A stretch of DNA of 64,000 nucleotides from Harriotta raleighana (taxonomy: Eukaryota), in the NCBI GenBank assembly GCA_050575255.1, contig JBNZDD010013683.1, positions 2,535,928 to 2,599,927 on the forward strand, read 5' to 3'. Every line of letters begins with the position of its first letter. Position 1 is the stretch's first letter. The notes below the pieces were generated by a model that saw nothing but the letters and a program-made list of their open reading frames with translations, ran no database searches and was not told the origin of the DNA. The translations under genes and the position numbers were made by a program. Shown here piece by piece: positions 24,011 to 34,501 of the stretch.

Positions 24011-24770
24011 CATTGTTTCTTATTGCCCAGAAAAAGCGAGGTGCCTTAAAACCCAGTCTCTCCAACAGATGCTGGAAGGTAATGTGTCTTGTTTGAAGTC
24101 ATCATGTGAACTTCTGCTTGCTCAGTGAATCGCCCACCACTTGTGTGACTTATGAATGTAATAACCCTTTGCAATATCCGCAGCTTAAACTCCCAACACC
24201 TTAGTGACTAGGAGACAGACGCACACAGAGGTGATTTAAACTTGCACATTTACGCAACAGATTCGCTCACAGAGACGTTTGTGGACTTACGTGATTCTAA
24301 TGAATGAAGCAAATAATTGCTCTTGGAGAAAGTTAGGTATCACATACTGGAGAGTTGGGAGGATCAGTAAGACAAAGGCAAAGCTGACTCTAACATGGGT
24401 TAAAATTGCACAACGTCTGTATTTCTTTTTAAACTTTTTCTTTTGGGTTCTGAATTCAAAGTACAGTCTAACTCAACTTCCCGACACGTGGTTAAGCTAG
24501 CTCTACACAGGTTTCAGCTCAGCTTCAAAGAGATTTGCATAGGACAGGTAAGCAAACATTTTACTTTTTGTTGTTGTTGGGTGGGGAGGGGGTTGAAAAA
24601 AAAAGAAAGTAATACGCACTAAGGGCACCTATCTTGGGAAGGGTTTTAAAAAATTTTTTTTTTTACCGATCACCCTGTCGATCAGAGGGATAGAGAGACA
24701 GAGAAAGAGAATGAGAGAGAGAGAGAGAGAAATAGGAGTTCAGCGTTGTTGCTTTTGCTGCAACAAAGCA
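24011..24770 (-). other. BDNF: BDNF leader exon I homolog; terminal ATG (24013-24011) gives the extension MIHQVRRV (263-aa isoform)
   Basis: Minus strand has TTCATTCATTAGAATCACGTAAG, GCGGATATTGCAAAGGGTTATTA, AAGTGGTGGGCGAT and CATGATGACTTCAAACAAGACACATTACCTTCC as recalled for mammalian exon I, and ends ACAATG|GTAAGT. The 5' end is estimated from TGCAGCAAAAGCAACAA near 24745-24762. Confidence 0.92.
24046..24105 (-). CDS. Upstream ORF in exon I, 19 aa MMTSNKTHYLPASVGETGF
   Basis: Read directly: ATG ATG ACT TCA AAC AAG ACA CAT TAC CTT CCA GCA TCT GTT GGA GAG ACT GGG TTT TAA, ending 32 nt before the exon I ATG. Translation is not demonstrated. Confidence 0.6.
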   Translation of the reverse strand: MMTSNKTHYLPASVGETGF

Positions 24771-24774
24771 ACAC

Positions 24775-24800
24775 AACAACGTCACTCCAGTTTCACGCAT
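24775..24800 (-). promoter_or_regulatory. Promoter I candidate: CRE half-site and bHLH-PAS-like site
   Basis: Minus strand ATGCGTGAAACTGGAGTGACGTTG immediately upstream of the estimated exon I start; mammalian promoter I uses CRE-like and PAS elements. Confidence 0.45.
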
Positions 24801-27800
24801 GTCCTAACTCTATTCTTCTTACTTGCAAAGCTAAAACAACACTACGCATCCGTGTACAGTATCTACGTATCTATTCTCTTCCCTCCCAAGAAACGTTTAA
24901 ACATTGGCAATATCAATAACCACTCCAAAAGATAATAATAATACATATATATATATATATGTATGCATTCCAAACCCTCTCCCAACTTGCCAACCCTGGC
25001 ATTTCCTGGGTGTAAGCATGTAAGGACACTTCCAACTTGTTGTCGTTTTTTTTTGCTAATCGCTTTGATAATCTTTACATTGCAAGGGTTTGCCTATTCG
25101 ACTGCCCCATGCCCTTGGAGGTGTCTTGGCTGGAAAAAACCCTTACCAAAAAGTAATAGCTACTTGGAACTTACCGCACAGATGGATGGTAGATTTATTG
25201 CAGACTTCCAAACCTGTGGCTTCTCAGCTACAGACTTAGCCGGCGATGTTTGCTGAAGGAATCATATAATAACCCAAAGTGACAGATTCCCCACATACAG
25301 GATGACGTGCATTTAAATGTGGGCAATAAGCCATGTAGACTTATTGGACTGCGGAATCCTTGGTGCGTTGCAATGTGGTCGCCCCACAAACCATTATTCA
25401 ATCTGCCGACAAAACTTGGCCCAAAGGGAAAACGACAATAACATTTAATACTTTGATTATCATGCAGATCAGTCAGGATCGTCGACTTACAAAACCAATA
25501 AAGAGAGACTGGTTATTTCCAGCGTGTTGCTTTCCACATTGAAAGCACTATGATATGTCAAAATGCATTTGCTCTGTGTGGATCTGTGTCTGTTTGGAGT
25601 TACAGATGACTTGGGAATGGAGGTACAGAAAGCCGTAGAGATATAAGGATGCAGGTTTAATACAAATGAAGTGAAGAATTCCATACAACCCGCATAGTTC
25701 GGGGCGTTTATATATAAGTCAATCTAAATAGCTACAAGGGCATATATGCTGGATGACATACACAATTTCGAAATGCATGGCATACAGTCCAAACTGTAAA
25801 AGGGGATCAACAATTGATGTAAGGTAGGAAGGTGGGTGAACATAGATAACTGTTTTCATTTAGTTCCCCCCACCCACCCCACTCACCCCACTACCTCCCA
25901 CCGCCCACCAAAAAAAAAACGAAGCCATTAAAACTGCAGAAAGACACAACTTTTAAGCTAACTTTTTTTCTGCAGTTTTTCTGAACTTTCCTTCCAACGT
26001 CAAAAAAAGAAAAACACAAACAAACAAACAACTCCCGTCACATTCACCCAGGGACTAAACCCTGACAACCCATAGATGTGCTGGCGTCTACCTCTGGCAG
26101 GTATGGAATATCGACGCGTTTGGATGTGGTCGATTGATTTTCCTACATGCAATCTCGCTCTGTATGTCTGTCACGCACTCAGCCTTATATGGCATTATTT
26201 TCAATGATGGTTTTAAATAATCCACTTGGTGATATGCAAAAACATTGGTCGGAAATCTATACTGCACAGAAAGAGCCCGGGGTTGGTAGAGTGAGACTAC
26301 ACTCTATATTATATTTATATTTATATATATATATATATATCTAAAGTCTAGCTGGATACATTTGCTATTAGTTTTCGCGGTTTTCAATCAGTGCAAATGC
26401 CTTGTCCACATTGCCAATGGCCAGATAACTCTCAAGAGTCACATCTATACGTTACGATGATACACGATTCGCCACTCCATTGGAGTTCTCTCGCCAATTA
26501 CTTGAGTGTTTGCCAATTCCTGGATCCAGTCAGTCCACAGTTTCCACCTCTGATAATCTTTCTGCCCAACTGTGGATGCCTTGATTCCCTCAGCAATAGT
26601 CAACTCGGGCACCAACGTCCAGGCAACAGTACACACACACACACGTATAGTTTCTATAGAAATGCATTGATCTCTTCCAAAGAAAGGCCAATACAACTTC
26701 CCACAGTTCGGTATCTCATGAGTCTCTTGGGGGAGACGCTGTCCATTTTTACGCAGAGCTGAAAATCCCAGATTTCAACCTGTTTCTTCAGGTGGCGCTG
26801 AGTTACTACTTGGTCAACTCAGGTTATTGCTAGTTCAGGTTCCGAGGAAGAAGGCTGTAAATCAACCCAACCCGGTAATGCCAAGTAAAACCGAGACTTT
26901 ATGTGTCGGGTCGTGACATACTAAACGTTCAACATCAGCGACCGCAAAGTTAGCTTTGAATTCAATAACAAATTGGTTGGGGGGTGGGGGGCGGAGGTGT
27001 TGTGGGGGGTGGGGGGTGTGGGAGGGTTCATTAGATTTGTTTCAGGGCAGAAGGGGCTTTTGCCAGAAATAATCCTGTAGGGAATCTTCACCCGAATCAA
27101 AACAGTGATTTATACAGTTGTCTACCCAAACTTTGGAAACTCAACACTCAACTCCTTCGGTAATCTATGGAGTNCGGAGGTGTTGTGTGGGGTGGGGGGT
27201 GTGGGGGGGGTTCATTATATTTGTTTCAGGGCAGAAGGGGCTTTTGCCAGAAATAATCCTGTAGGGAATCTTCACCCGAATCAAAACAGTGATTTATACA
27301 GTTGTCTACCCAAACTTTGGAAACTCAACACTCAACTCCTTCGGTAATCTATGGAGTTCACTGTTTGCCAAAGGACCTATCACCACACCACTCCTGGCCA
27401 CCAATCTTGCTCTCCCTGCTAGCTACCATCATGAACCTTTCCCTCTCCACTTCTTCCACAATCACCAACCTTCTCAAGAACCCCCTGTCCATCCTCCCCA
27501 GCTACAGACACATCTCCAAACTCTAGCCCTGGCATTTCTAGCAGATCCTGTCTCTTAGAGTCTACAGGTTCTGTTACATTATTTCCCAGGGTCAAAAAAA
27601 GAGAGCAGATAATACTGGCTGTTCTCTCAGACTTCCATGGTCTATGGAGTTTGCTTGGGTCGAGCCTTGCTAAAGGGTCCAGGAGGATTTTTTTCTATCG
27701 GGATGTTAAAGGTTTGTGAAACCTGCTGAAGATTATGATGAGAGTCTTGTTGCCGGAGTCAATGGTGGGAATGTAAGGTAATGGGTTAACCCTGAATCGT

Positions 27801-30594
27801 GGATGACCACCTTTAAGATACTTTTGAAAGAGAAGGGAGGAAACGGATTATCTTTCCCCAAACGCCCCCTCTCTAATTTGAAGCTGTTGAATAAAAATAA
27901 GGATGTGGGCATTTAATTTTCTTCCCAATGGAATTTAATCTTCAAATAATAAAAAAAAATGTCATTTTCCTTTCATATGAACTAGAGCAGTACCATTTAA
28001 TGCAGGTCTGGCTCAGATCACTTTCTAAATTATTGGACTGGAATTAATTTACTGCTTAACTATTGTCTGTAAACTCATTAAAGTAGTATAAATCACATTC
28101 GCTTTTAAATAAATTAGCCTTTCATTAAAACTGAAGGGATTTGTGCTCAACTTCCTCCACCACAGCTGCCATCCACCCTCTTCCCTTTCCATCACTCACC
28201 CTTCCTTCCAGAACTTTTGAGCCAATCTCTCTCGTTCCTCTCTCCTTCCACATTTTATACATTAAACCCACCACCTATTTCTCCCAACCTATCACCACAC
28301 CACTCCTGGCCACCAATCTTGCTCTCCCTGCTAGCTACCATCATGAACCTCACCCTCCCCACTGGTACCACCATCACCAACCTTCTGTCCATCCTCTCCA
28401 GCTACAGATACATCTCCAAACTACTGTTCCTCTCCAAGGTGCTGGAATGAGTAGATATCTGCAAGCCTTGCTCCTTCATCACTCATTGCTTGAGGTCCTC
28501 CAACCCTGTCTCAAACCTGCTCAAAGCACCCCTAAGCAGGGTTGCCATTTGACATTCCGACGTGAAAGGGATTAGATAAACATAAATAATTGTTGTGGAA
28601 AATGCTTATACCTTGTGTAAGGATTATATTTCCACAGACCAACCAGTGTAACCAGTTGTACAACAGAATATCAATGGAAGAAAATCACTTTAAAATCGAT
28701 TTCATGCTAGGACCGCTTAAAGTGGTTATGCAGGTTCAACATTGCAAATGTATTCAGAGAGCGCACCAAGAATCCCATTTAAAATAATCAATTCAGATCA
28801 ACTCATGTGTCACTGTGTGACTCTAGCCCTGGCATTTCTAGCAGATCCTGTCTCTTAGAGTCTACAGGTTCTGTGCGTTGGCAGCTCACCCATGTTGAAG
28901 TTGAAGGAAAACTAATATTACAGCATTGAAGCTGCCCACATATATGGAGAGCTATATTACTGTGTTTGCAACCTACCATTATTATTAACCCTACCCAACG
29001 AAGAGAAAAGTGAAAAAAGGTAACTTCAAACCAAAACATTTAAAGTACATTACTTGCGCTTGTCACATGTCATTCTCCCCTTCTGTTCTCTCTAACTTTT
29101 CAAGTCTTTTCAACAACTTGGATTTACAGTATATAGCACCCTTCATGCAGGATAACATTTTGGATTGCTGCGCCCTGATGGGATGGCCATCAAGCAAGGG
29201 AGATGAGAAAAGGGGAGGCAGGAAAGACATGGTATGAAGTAGATTTCAAAGACAAATAGACAGGGAGTAGAGGGAGAGAGAGTTCCATAGGTTGGGAATT
29301 AAGTGAAGATGAATTTCTATTGATGGCACGGAGAGGGCATGATACACACAGCAGGTTCAAGTTATTTCCATTTGCTGCCCACTGATTTAGGCTAATGAAT
29401 GAAGGAGGGAGACATTTCAGGGGAAAATACTCGAGCTTGAGGATCTCTTGTTTCATCCCACAGTTATCGGAAACCTGTCTATTCCCGTGTTCAATGTGTC
29501 AAGGGTTTCAATAACTGACTTGAGTTTTTTTAAGATAAGGCAATTGTGAATAAGACAGAGCTCTTTATCAAAGAGTCTGGATTCCCCTTTGGTGGAGACT
29601 AGAAGACAGATAATCCTTCTCCAGCAGGTTGTGGATGCTGTGAGCTTCCAAACAGAAATGCAAAACCAGAAATAAGAACTTTTTTTTTTATTGGCTACTT
29701 AAAGAACTTTGCATTAACTTATACTGGTGTTTACTTGATAAAAACAATTGGATAAAACATTACCTTCTGTTTTTTGATAGAGAGGAATCAAAGCAAAGCG
29801 TGTTTGGTTTTAGAAGAGATGTCCACATGAATAAGGCATGTTTTTGAAGCAGAAAGAGCAAAAAGTGAGCAATAGATCACCATCAGAAGAGGTGCCTGTG
29901 GGATAAATGATTTGAGGAAATTGCTTGGGTAGATTTGGGAAAGAAAGAACATCGAAGAATTTGAAGACCAGGAATGAGAATCAGCCTCAAACTATCATTG
30001 TTTATGATGGATGTGAAGAGAATAAAGCTGATGAATCCACAATTAAAAATCATTGGTTGATCAAAGTAACAAGGTTGGAGCTAAGAATTAAATTTAATAC
30101 TTTGATTCATGTTCTTTCTTATCAGCATATTTTACATGACGAAAAATGAAGTACATCATATATACGCACTGGACAGAAGATCACACATCAAATACCCCTG
30201 TGAAAATGTTGTAAAATATACTGCTGAAGAAGAGTTTAACTTTAAAAGTTGTAACCAAGCATCATAGCTTGGAAGCAACAGTTGCCGATTTCATCCACCT
30301 ATGTGTATCCCTTGTCTGTAAATTTCATTGTCACACATCAACACCATTGATTTAATTTCAATCCGTTTAGAAATGATTAGCATTCACACAGGGTCTTTGA
30401 AATATTCTATTAGTGTTTAATATTGAAGGCTTTGGATTCCCCGGTGAAGGTTTATTTAATGAGAATCAACTTTTATTGATGCAAACCCATCAAGAAGTTT
30501 ATAAATGTTAGTTCAATTACTCTTTGTATCAATGTGACATTGCGATTGTACACAGTTCCATACCATTGTAATATCAATGACATATTAACATCAT

Positions 30595-30882
30595 ACTTCA
30601 GATGAGATGTTAAATCAAGGCCCCATTTTTCTGTCCAAGTGAATGTTGATGAACCCAAGCCACTATTTCCAAAGCGCAAAGGAGTTTGTGCTGATATCCT
30701 GGCCAACAATCTATTAAATAAAATTGATCATTCACTTCATGGCTGTTTGTGGGACATTGTTATGTGCAAAGTCGGCTGCCGTGTTCACCCATAAAACACA
30801 GTTCACTTTACACATATCCTGTGAAATGTTTTGGAACACAATCCCATTGTAAAAGATGCTATCCCAAATGAAAGGATTATTA
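30595..30882 (+). mobile_element. Degenerate Deu-domain SINE
   Basis: GGTGATATCCTGGCCAACA-like segment, GCTGTTTGTGGGACATTGTTATGTGCAAAGTCGGCTGCC core and decayed AAGGATTATTAT tail. Confidence 0.7.
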
Positions 30883-31198
30883 TCTGATGATTAACATTAA
30901 CAGTTGTATCATACCTTTATATTTACTGGAAGACTCCTACTGAGCAACAGAAAGTGACTCAATTTTCTCTGTTCAGATCTGTTTATGAAATTTGACAAAT
31001 CAATTATTGAGATACCTCCCAACCAAGTATACACATAGGACTAAACACCGCATCTCCTTGGAAAACCAGGGAATAAAATATAATTTGTAATAAAAGTGCG
31101 AGGAAATAGTTCTGAACATTCACTTAGGTTCCGCCTACTCTCCTTATGGAGTTGCCATTAATATCACATACAATTTTCAGTCAGCATTGGGGCAACTT

Positions 31199-31399
31199 AA
31201 ACTATTCTGAGTGTTGGAATGTTTGTTCTTTGTTCTGACTGCATTCAGTTCAATTTTAGCTCTCAACTGGCTTGTACCTTGTTAAGCTACCCAACTATTC
31301 TAAAACTATTCTGAGTGTTGGAATGTTTATTCTTTGTTCTGATTGCATGAAGTTCAATTTTAGCTCTCAACTGGTTCGTACCTTGTTCAGCTACCCAAC
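31199..31399. repeat. Diverged tandem duplication, period 104 bp
   Basis: AAACTATTCTGAGTGTTGGAATG...AGCTACCCAAC twice with several substitutions. Confidence 0.9.
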
Positions 31400-32669
31400 C
31401 TAGTTTGTTTGCACTCGTTTGCATCAAAATAATTCACTGTTTGTCACCCTCATCAGGTATCAATCCATTAGTGTTAAATCACGGTAATTAACATTTAATG
31501 TCTGGGATAAGAAATATTGATGAGAAGTTCAGAATGACTCAGCCTTTCACGAGTTTGATTTATTTATTTTATGTAAGGTAGCAAATGACTTGTAGGAGAG
31601 ACATATGCTTGAATTTGTAACACAGACAGAATCCAAATTAAAACTCTCATTTTATTTAAATCTGAAGAGTCTCGGACGTTTGGAACCAATGAGAACTTCA
31701 GTGGTGCATTTATACAGAATCAAGAGTCTTGAGTGTCACGATGTACAATAAATGATGTATAAAAGAACATAAATAAGCATTCTATTGGCATTGCCAACAT
31801 TTATTTTCAGCATGCATGCACAACACTTTGTTTTCGATCGAAAAGTGCACAAATATATAGTAGGAATGAATGGTGTCGATGAGACATAGAAAAGTATTAT
31901 TTTAAGAATATTGATATGAAGCATTTCAAGCTGGTGGAATGATAAATAAAATGATTTATCAGGGAACACTTAATCCCCCCCCACCACCCATATTTGCAGC
32001 TGCTGCTACGGAGTATTTAAGATCAAGCAAGACAGATGGAAGTTAAGTTAGTGGCTCTTTTAAAGGAGAGTACCTTCTCTTATACAGGGCCCCAAAACAC
32101 TGCACTGGTGTTTAAGTATCACTGTAAACTTGAAACCTCAAGGCACAGCTTAAACACTTAACCAGCTGGTCCGGAGATGAACTAATTGATAACTGAGCAA
32201 ATTGATTCCCCTCTTCAACTTTTTTTTTCCTACTCCTTATTATCAATCCATTCCTTACATCACAAAACCATGAAAAATTGGTGTGTAGTTATGAGAACAA
32301 AATTAACAAAATCAAATCATTCAGCCATCATAAAAAACAACCACAATCTCAACACCAAGCAAGGAACATAAATACGAATGATTACTCAATTCATGGTCAA
32401 TGCCCATAACCTGGATGGTTACATTATAACTTGGTTAAGGCATCTATCCGACTGATGTGGCACATAACACAAGTAGCCAAATTCCAAATCAGGACCACAA
32501 ATTTCCCACAGCATAATTGTTAATATTGCATCTATTCAGATGAATATTTAAACAAGGGTTACAAAAATAAGACATTATGATCTAATGGCTAGTATAAAGG
32601 TGTTTTCACACTCGCAGAGCTGCAGTCCGTGAATAAAGTCATCGCTGTTTGCCTAAGCCTTTCCTGCGC

Positions 32670-32870
32670 TCAACAAATCTTAATTCTGTATAAATCTCAA
32701 GTCAATTCAAGTCTTGAATACTGCTCCCATATCTGACGAGGCCCTTCCAGCAACACTCTTGCAGTGCTATACATGATACAATAGAAAGCTTATCTTCCTC
32801 TCACCCTTCTCCAATCTTTCTAACCTTTCTCTATTTTATTGATAATAACATAGTTGCTCAGAAGTTTCCC
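32670..32870 (+). mobile_element. Fossil LINE ORF2 C-terminal fragment (CR1/L2 group)
   Basis: Translates LILYKSQVNSSLEYCSHI*RGPSSNTLAVLYMIQ*KA then LSLFY, matching the LYKxQxRPxLEYCSHIW motif, with stops. Confidence 0.7.
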
Positions 32871-34284
32871 TTTTTACCTCCCTGGCTCCCAATAGTGTAT
32901 ATTGTATTCATAATCCTTGCATTTGCACTGTGTTACATATTCTTTCTCATCCCTACACAATCAAGGTATTAAAATCAACTCAATGATCTCCTCCCAAATC
33001 TAGCAAATTCTTTCCTAGTACCTCAAATAGTAGAACTTATCTGCCCAACTCTTCCTGCCACCGAGAATCTATTAAAATTCAGCCTTAGTGGGATCTTACC
33101 ACTGCTTAATCTATCCCGCTTTCTCTGCTATCCTTTTTCATGTAAGTGATGTTCAGTATGATGGTCACCCTGAGGTGCCCTGAAAAAAAACAAAGCTTCT
33201 TTGTTTGAAGCTAGAAAGTGCAATAGGGAATATGAGATCTAACTGGGAGTTTAGGAGGAAATTGTTCATCAGAAGCTGGTGAGAATGAGGAACTTGCTGA
33301 AATTTTTTTTTGATTGATGCAAAAAGCATCAATGTATTTACCCAAAAAAAAAATTAGCCATATATGAGGAGAGGAAATAAACGGGTAAAAGTGAAGTGAA
33401 TAGGAACTATGGAGGCTGATGTGTAGCACAAACACTGGTAAAGCTTGAGCCGGAGTGGCTTGTTTCAGTGCTTTATCATTGTTGTAAAAGCTTATTGTAT
33501 AAAAGAACATAAAAGTACCCTTGGTATCAAAAATAAGACTTCCAATTCCTGATCAACAACGACAAAGAAATAATAGGCGCAATGTGGCGTAAAAATGCAG
33601 ACACATGTACAGAACCATTGATAAATTGCAAAACAGGTACATATATCTGTGCATCTTCCAGTTAATGCCTTTAATTAGTCTTTAATTAGTTGCCATTATT
33701 CTTCCATCGTGACAAGAAAGATCTTGCCTTGAGCACTGTCAATTGACTCGGGTATAATTCTGAGACCAATGAAGCAGTGCAACCTTTGACACACAAACTG
33801 CCTGTTTCAGGTGAAATATTGAATTCAGGTTTTTTCTGTCTCTTTCAATACAACTTAAAGATCATTAGGTCTCACTTATTAAATGTAACAAGTGGTCTTA
33901 ATGTTCTGAATAATGCATCCAATGGAATCTTTGCACCTACTCTAAGGCAAATAAAAAAACAACATTGCATTAGCCTCTCCTGATAAGACAGAGCTTTGTA
34001 TTTTGTTGATGCAGTTCATAAGTCATCTTCAATGATAAAATGTTAATCTTCACACATTGTAACTACATTTTAATTACACATTACAGTACCGCAGAACTGG
34101 TTGTATGTCAGCTATGATCAAATGAATGAAGTCATTGTAAATTATTATTATTATTATTTATTTTATCTTTCCTGAAGACCAAATATATATTTTTCTAAAA
34201 TGAGAATACAGCACTAAGTAATGAAATGGTACATATGCATGTTTCAGTTTTATATTAAAACAGAAACATGCATATGTTTCTTAC

Positions 34285-34501
34285 CCTCTTTTCCCCCTTT
34301 CTCCCCTGGCCCCACTTCCGCGACTGTTTGTGGGATACTGCTGTGCGCAATTTGGCTATCGCGTTTCACCCACAAATATACAGTCAATTTTCCTACTTTC
34401 CTTCCCTCGACCACACACCCCACTGCTCTTATCCCTACTTGACTGTTCAGAGGCTTGGGACATCCTCCCGACGTGAAAGGCGTTATAAAAGTGTAATTAT
34501 T
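34285..34501 (+). mobile_element. L2/SINE-related 3' end fragment
   Basis: GACTGTTTGTGGGATACTGCTGTGCGCAA core and GACGTGAAAGGCGTTATA tail; matches 60950-61260 in reverse. Confidence 0.75.
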
